A stretch of 64,000 bases of DNA from the NCBI GenBank assembly GCA_963535465.1, contig CAUSWF010000007.1, positions 1,692-65,691 of the forward strand, written 5' to 3'. A program made the position numbers and the translations under genes. This DNA comes from an uncultured Erysipelotrichaceae bacterium (GTDB taxonomy: Bacteria; Bacillota_I; Bacilli_A; RF39; UBA660). The notes beneath the pieces are model-generated. The model did no database searches, was not told the origin of the DNA, and saw only the letters and a program-made list of their open reading frames with translations. Position 1 is the first letter of the stretch, and every line of letters starts with the position of its first letter. Shown here piece by piece: positions 46,132 to 55,713 of this stretch.

Positions 46132-47694
46132 CTATTTAACATTAGAATTATATGAAGAAATAATATTTTTACTTCTCTCTATAATAGAAATATGACTCTT
46201 ATCTATTAATCTATATTGCATCATAAAATCATAAAACCTATTAAAATCACTAATACTCTTAAATAAATTATCACTATCTTCTTTATATAATTTATAACTA
46301 ATCATCATATCAATATCAATAGCTAAATCTTCTATAATTTCATTAAGAAATACACAAAATAATTTTCTATTAATTAAACTAGTATTCTTATAAACATCTT
46401 CTAATTCATATCTTTTTATAGAATAATAGAAAAATTCTCTATATACATCATGTGACATATTACAACCATTACTACTATAGTACTTATATAAATAAAAATC
46501 TATTATCTTAATAGGAGAAAATACTTTCCCATTCTTATCATAAAACTTCTTAAGTTGAGGATATTCATCAAACATACTTCTCTTTTTTGAAATCATAGTA
46601 CCAATACTTTCTATCGCATAAGCTTCTCCATCTCTTCTAATACTAATATTTTCACATTTTTCTTCTTGCATATTATTATTGTAGAAAGAATAACTCCTAA
46701 CAAGCCTATCTTTTAATGAATCCTTTACCTTACCATATTCTTTATCACTAAAATATTCTCCTGCAAAATCTAATCCATCACTAATACCAACAGACTCAGC
46801 TTCTAATTCACTATCTTTATATTTATAATTTACATCATATTCCTTAAATTTATCAGTAGTATGTAACTTAGAAGAAAGACTACACTTAATATAATTAAAT
46901 GCTGAAGAACTAACTTGACCACTCCTTGCCTCATACTCTTGCCTATAATGACAAAACTCATGACACAAAGTAACTATTCTAGTTAAATTTTTATAAGAAT
47001 TGTTTTTATATAATTTATCATTTATCGCAATATAAACCATACCATCTATATAAACTCCTGTATATTTATCACTATCATCAATACCATAATATACAGGAAT
47101 AATAGGCATATTATTAGAAATACATTTATTATAAACAATATATTTAAATATTAAATCATAAAATCTATCATAATTCTTATCTCTTCTATAATACTCTCTA
47201 ATTACTTTATCAATTAAAATATTATTATCCCCTATATTATTAGATAAATATAGAATCATAAAATAAAAATACTCATCATCTATTTCTTCTCTATTTAAAT
47301 ATTTCTTAGTAATTCTATCTACTAAATCCTTTAAATTATTATTACTTTTATTTATACTTTTAACTATATTATCAGGAAATATATCTAAACATTCTCTATA
47401 TATTCTAGAAGAAACAATTAAAGTAGGCTCTTCTTTATATAAACTAGAATAAATACTTATAACTTTATTTATAATATTCTTATCACTATTTTTAATTCTC
47501 TTAATTATTTCCTCTTCCATAACATCTATCATAAATAAATTATCTATAGTATTAAATTGAGATGAAGAACTAGTAATTGCATAACTAAAATAAGCATTAA
47601 AAAATAACTCTTTATTATCTAAAAACTCTTCTAATGTATTATTTATCTTACCATCTACATAACTTATATATTTTTTATAAATATCAACTACCAT
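46132..47694 (-). CDS. hypothetical protein with HExxH zincin-like motif
   Basis: LCHEFCHYRQEYE, with HEFCH in the centre of an otherwise unrecognisable 520-aa protein. Confidence 0.45.
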   Translation of the reverse strand: MVVDIYKKYISYVDGKINNTLEEFLDNKELFFNAYFSYAITSSSSQFNTIDNLFMIDVMEEEIIKRIKNSDKNIINKVISIYSSLYKEEPTLIVSSRIYRECLDIFPDNIVKSINKSNNNLKDLVDRITKKYLNREEIDDEYFYFMILYLSNNIGDNNILIDKVIREYYRRDKNYDRFYDLIFKYIVYNKCISNNMPIIPVYYGIDDSDKYTGVYIDGMVYIAINDKLYKNNSYKNLTRIVTLCHEFCHYRQEYEARSGQVSSSAFNYIKCSLSSKLHTTDKFKEYDVNYKYKDSELEAESVGISDGLDFAGEYFSDKEYGKVKDSLKDRLVRSYSFYNNNMQEEKCENISIRRDGEAYAIESIGTMISKKRSMFDEYPQLKKFYDKNGKVFSPIKIIDFYLYKYYSSNGCNMSHDVYREFFYYSIKRYELEDVYKNTSLINRKLFCVFLNEIIEDLAIDIDMMISYKLYKEDSDNLFKSISDFNRFYDFMMQYRLIDKSHISIIERSKNIISSYNSNVK

Positions 47695-47725
47695 ATATAC
47701 CTCAAAAAAGATACCAACTGGTATC

Positions 47726-48157
47726 TTATTCTAGTTCTAATACCTCAATCTCATCTACTATAGCTTGCTGTTCTTTAACTAGTATTTGTAACTTTCTTTT
47801 AAATATACGAGTATTTCTTTCTAATCTTTCAACTTTCTGATACTCTTCACTTGCTTTAAGTAATGCTTCATTAACTATCTTACTAGCATTATTTCTAGCC
47901 TCATCTATTATAACTTCAGCTTCTTTTAGTGCACTATCTCTAATAACTTGATTAGACTTCTCAATCTCAATCATCCTATTATATAATGCATCTTCTACTT
48001 TTCTATAATCTTCTATTACTTTTTTTAATTTAATTATTTCTTGTTTTTGTAGCTTACATTTTTCGATAATACCAGAGGTATTAGTAATTACATCATTAAC
48101 AAATTGATGCACTTCATCTTTATTATAACCATTCTCCTCTATACTAAATTTCTTCAT
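47726..48157 (-). CDS. DivIVA-domain protein
   Basis: N-terminal F..E.NGYNKDEVHQFVNDV motif and coiled-coil body, downstream of sepF. Confidence 0.8.
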   Translation of the reverse strand: MKKFSIEENGYNKDEVHQFVNDVITNTSGIIEKCKLQKQEIIKLKKVIEDYRKVEDALYNRMIEIEKSNQVIRDSALKEAEVIIDEARNNASKIVNEALLKASEEYQKVERLERNTRIFKRKLQILVKEQQAIVDEIEVLELE

Positions 48158-48175
48158 AAGCCCACCTATTATTTA

Positions 48176-48580
48176 TTAAAAGAAATCGTCTTCTCCACTT
48201 TTCTTTTTATTTATTTTATCTGCTTCTTCACTCATCTTACCTTCAACTTCTACATTATTAGGTGCACATAGTATTATACCATTACCTAACTTTTGTATAC
48301 TTCCATTAATTGAATAGATACATCCAGATAAGAAATCTGTTATTCTTCTAGCTTGATCTGGAGTAACTCTTTGTAATTTTACAATAACTCCAATTCTTTT
48401 CTTTAAATAATCAGCTATTTGTTGAGACTCACTAAAAGCACGAGGTTCAAGAAGCATCATCTTAGATCCTCCTACACCATTCTCTTGAGCAAATGTCTCA
48501 CGAGTAGTTTCATAAAATTCATCTGTTTCTTTGTCTTCAGGAGCATCTCCCGCTCCAAATATATTTTTAAATATTGCCAT
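48176..48580 (-). CDS. sepF: cell division protein SepF
   Basis: Conserved C-terminal domain (EPRAFSESQQIADYLK...VTPDQARRITDFLSG..Y...G). Confidence 0.85.
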   Translation of the reverse strand: MAIFKNIFGAGDAPEDKETDEFYETTRETFAQENGVGGSKMMLLEPRAFSESQQIADYLKKRIGVIVKLQRVTPDQARRITDFLSGCIYSINGSIQKLGNGIILCAPNNVEVEGKMSEEADKINKKKSGEDDFF

Positions 48581-48634
48581 AAATCCTCCAATTATTATAC
48601 TTATTTTATCATATTTTTTAATATCTTTACAATA

Positions 48635-50467
48635 TTAAATAACAACGTTATTTTCACCAACTCTTATAGAAGCATTTTGTTCTTGTTCCTTAACTTCTAC
48701 ATTGCCACTCTTTCTATACCAAACATCACATAAATCTACATTAGCAGAAAGTGGTCTTGGATTTGGTAAGAAGAAATGCATTGAAACAGGTATTTTAAAA
48801 GCACTACCAAACGCTACACAACTACCAGGTTCAAGATTCTTTATCTGCATAAGTATTTCACTACTTATATTAGGAACCATATCACGAATATAAGAACTAT
48901 CCTTTGGATGCAATGTTCTAAATATTATAAAGTTAGAACATTGAGAAATACAAGTATCAGATAACTCACTAGGTCTTTGTGTAATAAGTCCTATAAATAC
49001 ACCATACTTTCTTCCTTCCTTCGCAATTCTTTCAAATATATTATATCCAAGTAAAGATATATCAATATCTTTTTGTACATATCTATGTGCCTCTTCAATA
49101 ATAATATGGTATGCATGAGAAGCTCTAACATCATCATTAACGCTCTTCATAAATATCTTTCTAGAAATAATTTTAACAATAACTTTAGCCATTCTATCAT
49201 CAATATAATTAATATTAAAATTAATTATCTGACAAAGTTTTCCATCACTAGTAGTAATCAAATCCTCAACAAATTTATTCGCATCAACCTTTTTAGGATA
49301 TCTAAATAGTTCACTAACAGAACTATTACATAAATTATGTAATCTAACACTAAGTATTGATGCTGTATCATTAACTTTACTATTAGTTAAACTGCCTTGA
49401 CTAAGTAAAGCAAAATCCATTGCTAACTCTAAATCTTCTAAATCATAATAAATATTCTTATCTTCTTCACTAATATTAACTATCTCATCTAATATGTATC
49501 CACTTATAAACTTAACAATTAACTCCATCTCTTGTAGTTTACCAGTACCATCTATATATAAACATTGTTTTAATGTTCTAACATAACCAGGTTGAGCAAT
49601 CTTAGTCTCTAAATTTAAAAGTGGTGTATTAAACTTAGTTAAAATAGCTAAAAATTGATCTCTTATCTTAGAAGAATCTTTTCCACTTAATAAAACATCT
49701 AATAATACTCTAGCTATAATATCATTCTTAACTCTAATAGTAGTATCACTAACTCCCTTAAGCACAGGTACTAAATCTAACATCTTACTAATTATAGGTA
49801 ATTGATTAGGACTAGTCGCATCAAGTAATAATGCCAAATCATCTAAATCAAGTAACCATGCAGGTATTCTAAGTAAACTAGAACGTGAAGCCAAATTAGT
49901 AGTATAACTCTTATAATTAATATTATTATTAATACTATTTAGTCCACTAAAAGCTGTAGTATATTCCCCATAAGCATCAAAGAATAAAAATGTAGAATTA
50001 ATAGGAGGATTACTACTACTAAATAATGACTGAATCATATAACTAACACTACTACTCTTACCAGAACCACTATTACCAATAATACCAAAATGACTATTAA
50101 AAAACTTATTTACTAAAACATTAATTCTATAACCCTTATATATATTAGAAGTACCAAATAAAATAGTACCAAATCTAGTATCCTGTGGACCAAGTATCTT
50201 AGATATTTCATCTAACTTAATTAATCTAACTAAAGCATTAAAACTAGGTTTACGACTAGCACCTTGTATAAACTCTTCTCCCTGTATTTCACCAACTATA
50301 TTTATATACATACTATTCCTATTAGAATATACAATTTCCCCTATAATCTTAGAATCTCCACTCTCCATAACTACATGTAAATTTATAAGATTAACTTGTT
50401 TTGTTATATCAATATTAAGTTTTATCACAACAGTATTTTCACGTATTTCTTCTATTGTACCCAACAT
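48635..50467 (-). CDS. HerA-like (DUF87, FtsK/HerA superfamily) ATPase
   Basis: HAS-barrel-like N-terminus. Walker A GNSGSGKSS, Walker B IIIEEAHRY, and GRKYGVFIGLITQRPSELSDTCISQCSNFIIFR. Confidence 0.75.
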   Translation of the reverse strand: MLGTIEEIRENTVVIKLNIDITKQVNLINLHVVMESGDSKIIGEIVYSNRNSMYINIVGEIQGEEFIQGASRKPSFNALVRLIKLDEISKILGPQDTRFGTILFGTSNIYKGYRINVLVNKFFNSHFGIIGNSGSGKSSSVSYMIQSLFSSSNPPINSTFLFFDAYGEYTTAFSGLNSINNNINYKSYTTNLASRSSLLRIPAWLLDLDDLALLLDATSPNQLPIISKMLDLVPVLKGVSDTTIRVKNDIIARVLLDVLLSGKDSSKIRDQFLAILTKFNTPLLNLETKIAQPGYVRTLKQCLYIDGTGKLQEMELIVKFISGYILDEIVNISEEDKNIYYDLEDLELAMDFALLSQGSLTNSKVNDTASILSVRLHNLCNSSVSELFRYPKKVDANKFVEDLITTSDGKLCQIINFNINYIDDRMAKVIVKIISRKIFMKSVNDDVRASHAYHIIIEEAHRYVQKDIDISLLGYNIFERIAKEGRKYGVFIGLITQRPSELSDTCISQCSNFIIFRTLHPKDSSYIRDMVPNISSEILMQIKNLEPGSCVAFGSAFKIPVSMHFFLPNPRPLSANVDLCDVWYRKSGNVEVKEQEQNASIRVGENNVVI

Positions 50468-50530
50468 AAATCCACCACTCTTCTATTCTATATAAGTATA
50501 TCATAATAAAATATAAAATATCTATAGAAA

Positions 50531-50560
50531 TAAAATAAAAATAGCTCTTATGAGCTATTT
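50531..50560 (-). terminator. terminator after pilin-like two-gene operon
   Basis: AAATAGCTC-ATAA-GAGCTATTT followed by UUUAUUUUA. Confidence 0.7.
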
Positions 50561-51211
50561 AACTTCTATAGAAACAAGATTTAATCTGTTTGTCTTCTTT
50601 TCGTATTTATAAATAATTGTAGATATCTTACTCTTATCATAATTAACACTAGGTAATATATAAATATCTTTACTTGTATCTATCTTTACTTCACTTAATT
50701 TATTTTTCTTATTAATTGAATCATATATTATATATTTACCATCTTTAACTTCAAAATAACTAACTTTTCTAATGATAGAATAATACTTATCACTATCATT
50801 AACCTCAGTTGATTCAACTCTAAAATTAATATTATTATCTTTTCTTACTATATTAGTAAAACCATTTTTATAAGTATAACTTATCTTACTATTTTTATAA
50901 CTCTTCTTAGAAATATCCCCTTCAAAATAATCATTGTATTCTTTTTGAATCTTACTTTCTTTATAGTTAGGTAAACTAATATATACAACTGCCGCAGTCT
51001 TTTCTTCATTACTCATCTTACTAAAATTAACATTAACATCTTTAATAAAATATCCAAGTAATTTATAACTATCGTCTTTTAATTTTTTACTAATATCAGC
51101 AGTTACCTTTATTAGAGGTTTACTTTGCTTTTTATTTAAAAACATAAATATAAATCCAATAATAAGTAATAATAATCCACACACTAATAATATCTTATAA
51201 ATCTTCTTCAT
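50555..51211 (-). CDS. hypothetical N-terminally anchored protein
   Basis: Start MKKIYKILLV lies 2 nt after the pilin-like stop. One TM helix. No motif recognised. Confidence 0.5.
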   Translation of the reverse strand: MKKIYKILLVCGLLLLIIGFIFMFLNKKQSKPLIKVTADISKKLKDDSYKLLGYFIKDVNVNFSKMSNEEKTAAVVYISLPNYKESKIQKEYNDYFEGDISKKSYKNSKISYTYKNGFTNIVRKDNNINFRVESTEVNDSDKYYSIIRKVSYFEVKDGKYIIYDSINKKNKLSEVKIDTSKDIYILPSVNYDKSKISTIIYKYEKKTNRLNLVSIEVK

Positions 51212-51213
51212 AA

Positions 51214-53364
51214 TTATCTCCATACACACCAGTCAAAATTAATTCTCAAATCGATATTTGCTGAGTTTCCAGCCATATCTTGTATATTTACTATAATACC
51301 TACTCCTATTGTACTAGACGTACCTAAATAATCTTCCACTATATTAGATGCAGGATATGTATTATTTGTAGATGAATGACCACCATCCCATAAACTCCAG
51401 AATTCAATATTACGACTATAAATTCCAGATACATCATCTTTATATTGAGGCCAAATTATATGTGATTGTTTAAAACAACCAGAATAATATGGTGGAACTG
51501 TATCAAACATTACTCTTAATGCAGGTGATGCATCAGAAGCTACACCCTTAACATTATAACCTCTAAATACAACATAATTATCTCCATCAGGAATAACTTG
51601 TGCCGTTCTAAGCCAAGAAGCGTCTCTTGACTGTCTACCTTCATTTCTACCATATTGATTCCAGTGATTTACTAAACTTGCGACATGGCCATGAAATGCA
51701 TTTTTTAAATCTGGATATTTTATATGATAATAAGCTGCATCTATTACTCTACTTGGATCATCATCATGTAAATCCTTCCAAGTACAGTTTCTTATTCCTT
51801 CTTCTACAGATTTATTACTACCAAAAATACAATACTGATATCCCGCAATAGTAGAACCAGTTAAATCAGTTGAAGGACTAGAAACCTCAACTATAGTCTT
51901 ATTAGTCCATGTATTTATAGAATAAGCACTTATAGTTGGAGATGTTGGTCTGCATAATGAAGCAGATTTACTACAAGTTCTTGTTTCAGTTTCAACTCCA
52001 CATGAATTATCAAAATATTTATCTTTATATTTTTGAGAAACCTTCTCAGTACCAGGATTATCGCATGTAGCATCACATGATTTAATTATAGTAGCTTCAC
52101 CGTCTTTAACTTTTTCATTGCATTTTTTATAAACAGTATAATTGAAATCTTTCTCAGCTTTTGCTCCATTTAATCCAGTTACAACAACTTTTATTTTATG
52201 TGTTTTTCCATCTAATCCACCAAGAAAAGTATGCTCAACACTTCCAAATTGATTAAGTGTTTGCTTAAACCCATCATCTGTACTTATTTCTATAGATTTA
52301 ACATTATATGGAACACTTCCATAACGAGAAACAAATATTTCTATAGAATTTGAATTATAAGCAGGTATATTACTAAGTACATTTAAAGTAAATTTAGGTG
52401 GAATACAAGCAGTTGAAGTATTAACAGTACAAGGCTCTGTAACTTCTATTGCAGGACAAGGTGTATTTGTATTAACATCTTTTTTATTTTGACTATATGT
52501 AATTACTCCAGGTTTACCATCACAAGTCGCATCACATTCTTTAATTTTTACTTTTTCACCATCATTTTTTGTCATACTGCATTGTTTATATACAGTATAG
52601 GCTGCATTTTTAGCTAAATAAGTTCCATCACGATGCCAAACTTCCATTTTAACAACATTAACTCCTCCACTTAACCCACCTGGAAAAGTATAATTAAAGT
52701 TTTCTAATCCACCAGGTGAAGTATAATCCCTTTCGACTATAACTCCATTAGAATCAGTTAATTTAAGTTTAGTTATATAACATTGAGTAGCAGAACCAAG
52801 GCAACTGTAATTTAGAGAAACATTATCAGAATTATATGAACTTTGTTTAGACTTAATTTCTAATTTAAATACAGCAGCAGCATCATTACTCATAGTAGTA
52901 CCAGGTAATGGAATTCCAGTAGGTTCGGTACAAGAATCTCTACTTAATCCACCAGGTAAATAGTCATATGTAGTCGCATTACCTTTCTTACACTTTAAAG
53001 ATAAGTAATAATGATATTTATTATTACTCTTAAGAACTCTAACAAAAGTACTATAAACTCCATCTTTATTAGCACAACTTACATCTTTTATATTTATATT
53101 TTGAATTAAATTCTTAGTTTTCAATTCTTCATATGTAATGTCATAGCACCCATCTTTATCACCAAACATATCTACCCTATACTGATCAGTAAAAAATCTA
53201 GCACCACTAAGAAGAGTCTTTCCATATGTATTATATTTAGTACTATTCTGAGAAAACATAACTCTTCTAATAGTAGGAAAAGCAAGTAAAGAAAGTATAC
53301 CAAGTATTACTATAGTTATAAGTAACTCAATTAAAGTAAAACCTTTATTACGACATTTTATCAT
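51214..53364 (-). CDS. giant type IV pilin-like (prepilin N-terminal methylation motif) Cys-rich protein
   Basis: MIKCRNKG/FTLIELLITIVILGILSLLAF, a class III signal with Glu at +5. Start trimmed from the ORF-track start, which overlaps asnS and the promoter. Contains internal tandem domain repeats. Confidence 0.75.
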   Translation of the reverse strand: MIKCRNKGFTLIELLITIVILGILSLLAFPTIRRVMFSQNSTKYNTYGKTLLSGARFFTDQYRVDMFGDKDGCYDITYEELKTKNLIQNINIKDVSCANKDGVYSTFVRVLKSNNKYHYYLSLKCKKGNATTYDYLPGGLSRDSCTEPTGIPLPGTTMSNDAAAVFKLEIKSKQSSYNSDNVSLNYSCLGSATQCYITKLKLTDSNGVIVERDYTSPGGLENFNYTFPGGLSGGVNVVKMEVWHRDGTYLAKNAAYTVYKQCSMTKNDGEKVKIKECDATCDGKPGVITYSQNKKDVNTNTPCPAIEVTEPCTVNTSTACIPPKFTLNVLSNIPAYNSNSIEIFVSRYGSVPYNVKSIEISTDDGFKQTLNQFGSVEHTFLGGLDGKTHKIKVVVTGLNGAKAEKDFNYTVYKKCNEKVKDGEATIIKSCDATCDNPGTEKVSQKYKDKYFDNSCGVETETRTCSKSASLCRPTSPTISAYSINTWTNKTIVEVSSPSTDLTGSTIAGYQYCIFGSNKSVEEGIRNCTWKDLHDDDPSRVIDAAYYHIKYPDLKNAFHGHVASLVNHWNQYGRNEGRQSRDASWLRTAQVIPDGDNYVVFRGYNVKGVASDASPALRVMFDTVPPYYSGCFKQSHIIWPQYKDDVSGIYSRNIEFWSLWDGGHSSTNNTYPASNIVEDYLGTSSTIGVGIIVNIQDMAGNSANIDLRINFDWCVWR
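51949..52872 (-). repeat. tandem duplication of a roughly 150-aa module inside the pilin-like gene
   Basis: The two modules lie at track-ORF aa ~203-360 and ~362-510. Each ends in NYTVYK(Q/K)C....DGE..I(K)(E/S)CDATCD..G......Q..KD followed by a Cys-rich linker. Confidence 0.6.
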
Positions 53365-53383
53365 ATAATCACATCCTATTTTA

Positions 53384-53412
53384 ATTATATAAAAACAACT
53401 ATTATTTTTCAA
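53384..53412 (-). promoter_or_regulatory. promoter of pilin-like operon
   Basis: TTGAAA, 17 nt, then TATAAT, immediately after the asnS terminator. Confidence 0.65.
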
Positions 53413-53436
53413 TAAAAAAAGATGATTTCTCATCTT
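53413..53436 (-). terminator. terminator after asnS
   Basis: AAGATGA-GAAA-TCATCTT followed by U7. Confidence 0.7.
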
Positions 53437-54802
53437 AATAATCACAATTACCTGGAGTTCTAGGATATGGTATAACATCTCTAATATTATCTATACCAGT
53501 AAGATACATTATAAGTCTTTCAAATCCCATACCAAATCCAGAATGTACATTAGTTCCATATTTTCTTAAATTAACATACCATTCTATCTCTTTTTCATCA
53601 ATTCCAAATTCCTTCATTCTATTAACTAATTTTTCTAAATTCTCTTCTCTTTGAGAACCACCCATTAATTCTCCAGAACCAGGTACTTCTAAATCAACTG
53701 CCGCAACAGTCTCATTATCTTCATTTAACTTCATATAATATGCCTTTATATCTTTAGGCCAATTTTTAATAAATACTGGTCCATTAAAATATTCAGTAAT
53801 ATATCTTTCATGTTCTTTAGCAATATCATCCTTATAACTTGGAGTAAACTCCCATTTATTAGGTGCTTTTAATAATATATCAACAACATCCCTGTGGTCT
53901 ATTCTAACAAACTCTGAATCAATTAATTTTTCTAATTTTTCTCTTAACCCTTTAGATACAAATCCATCTAAAAAATCTATTTCACGAGGACACTTATCTA
54001 ATACATACTTAACTATAAACTTAAGCATATCTTCTTCTATATCCATTAATTGGTCTAAATCACAAAAAGCAATTTCAGGTTCAATCATCCAAAATTCATT
54101 AGCATGTGTCTTAGTATTAGAATTCTCAGTTCTAAATGTAGGACCAAATGTATAAATATTTTTAAATGCAGCCGCAAAAGTCTCACCATGTAATTGACCA
54201 GATCCAGTAATATAACTCTTTTTACCAAATAAATCTTTAGTAAAATCAACTTTTCCGTTTATATTATCTAAATTTAAAGTAGTAATCTTAAACATTTGAT
54301 CTGAACCTTCACAATCAGCTGTAGTTATTAAAGGAGTATGTACATATAAATAATCTCTATCTTGAAAATATGTGTGTATAGCCATAGCCGCAACACTTCT
54401 AATTCTAAATACAGCTTGGAATAAATTAGTTCTAGGTCTAAGATAAGCCTGTTCTCTTAAAAACTCTCTAGTATGTCTCTTAGGTTGAATAGGATAATCT
54501 TCTGAACTATCACCAAGTAATATTACTTCTTTAGCTAAAACTTCAAAATCTTGTCCAGAAGCAGGAGATTCATGTAACTCTCCTACTACTTTAATAGCTG
54601 CTCCTATATGATACTTTTGTATATCATCAAAATTACTTAATTTATTATCATAAACAATTTGTATAGGAGTAAAATAAGTACCATCAGAAAAAGATATAAA
54701 ACCAAACTCTTTTTGTTTTCTATGATTCTTAATCCATCCCTCTAATACAACTTCCTTACCCATATATTTATCTAAATTTTTAAATATTTCTCTATCACTC
54801 AT
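53435..54802 (-). CDS. asnS: asparagine--tRNA ligase
   Basis: FRTENSNTKTHANEFWMIEPE and GFGMGFERL motifs. Confidence 0.95.
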   Translation of the reverse strand: MSDREIFKNLDKYMGKEVVLEGWIKNHRKQKEFGFISFSDGTYFTPIQIVYDNKLSNFDDIQKYHIGAAIKVVGELHESPASGQDFEVLAKEVILLGDSSEDYPIQPKRHTREFLREQAYLRPRTNLFQAVFRIRSVAAMAIHTYFQDRDYLYVHTPLITTADCEGSDQMFKITTLNLDNINGKVDFTKDLFGKKSYITGSGQLHGETFAAAFKNIYTFGPTFRTENSNTKTHANEFWMIEPEIAFCDLDQLMDIEEDMLKFIVKYVLDKCPREIDFLDGFVSKGLREKLEKLIDSEFVRIDHRDVVDILLKAPNKWEFTPSYKDDIAKEHERYITEYFNGPVFIKNWPKDIKAYYMKLNEDNETVAAVDLEVPGSGELMGGSQREENLEKLVNRMKEFGIDEKEIEWYVNLRKYGTNVHSGFGMGFERLIMYLTGIDNIRDVIPYPRTPGNCDY

Positions 54803-54810
54803 AACTACAC

Positions 54811-55644
54811 CTACTTCATTATATTTTTAAACTCTATCGGAGTCTTAGTCTCAAATAACATAACTTCTTTCTTATGTGGATAATATACTTGTAATCTATT
54901 AGCATGTAAATAAAGTCTCTTTTCATTATCCTTCTTTATAAAATATTTCTTATCTCCTACTATAGGATTACCCATACTATTAAATAATACTCTAATCTGA
55001 TTACGTCTACCAGTCTCTATATCAATAGCTACTAATGTATACTTATCATTTTCTTTAACTACATTATAATTAGTAATAGCCTCTAAACCATCTTTAGAAA
55101 CATATACTAAATTAGTCTTAGTCTCTTTCAAATACTGTATACATCTATCACTCTTATTTTTTAATTTACCATGAACAACAGCAACATAACTTCTATGAGC
55201 ATTACTATTCCAACCATCTTGTAGCATATTTTTAGTTTCTTCATCTTTCGCAAGTAACACTACTCCACTAGTATCTTTATCTAATCTATGTACTATAAAT
55301 ACTTTAGCATTCTTATTCTTAACTTTTAAATACTCTCTAACTTTATGATATAGAGTTTCGCTTTTCTCTTTATCAGTTGCGATAGTAAGTAATCCACTAG
55401 GTTTATTAACAACTATTATATGCATATCTTCATATAATATATCAAAAGGTAAACTAGCATTATTCTTAGATTCTATAGTAATAATATTACCAATATTTAA
55501 CTTATAATTATACTTAGTAGTTCTACTATTATTAACATATATAGAACCATGTTCTAAATATTGTTTAATTCTCTTCCTAGGCATATCTAAATTATTACAT
55601 AAATATTCTAATAACTCTCCTGCCTCTTTTACTTTTATTCTCAT
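54811..55644 (-). CDS. RluA-family pseudouridine synthase
   Basis: S4-like N-terminus and HRLDKDTSGVVLLAK. Confidence 0.85.
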   Translation of the reverse strand: MRIKVKEAGELLEYLCNNLDMPRKRIKQYLEHGSIYVNNSRTTKYNYKLNIGNIITIESKNNASLPFDILYEDMHIIVVNKPSGLLTIATDKEKSETLYHKVREYLKVKNKNAKVFIVHRLDKDTSGVVLLAKDEETKNMLQDGWNSNAHRSYVAVVHGKLKNKSDRCIQYLKETKTNLVYVSKDGLEAITNYNVVKENDKYTLVAIDIETGRRNQIRVLFNSMGNPIVGDKKYFIKKDNEKRLYLHANRLQVYYPHKKEVMLFETKTPIEFKNIMK

Positions 55645-55653
55645 ACTTCCTCC

Positions 55654-55678
55654 AAAAAACTTACCATAAAGGTAAGTT
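55654..55678 (-). terminator. terminator after MacB-type ABC pair
   Basis: AACTTACC-TTTAT-GGTAAGTT followed by a U-run, directly before the RluA gene RBS. Confidence 0.65.
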
Positions 55679-55713
55679 ATTAAGTTAAATATATTATAAA
55701 CTATATTTTATAA

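Noticed and set aside
48635-53364. HerA-like ATPase as the motor of a pilus or secretion system built from the giant pilin-like protein.
   Set aside because: A clear terminator (50531-50560) separates the pilin operon from the ATPase gene. Type IV filament systems use GspE/PilB-type ATPases, not HerA-type ones. I kept them as separate findings.
53365-53478. Long N-terminal extensions given by the ORF track. These are the pilin-like gene to 53478, pheS to 23630, rplS to 15150 and yqeY to 34704. The list continues with rbgA to 4976, ileS to 45868, frr to 24322 and the GTG start at 42631.
   Set aside because: The extensions run through terminators, promoters, T-box elements or the preceding gene, and they lack an RBS. 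Internal ATGs with GGAGG-type sites give canonical N-termini.
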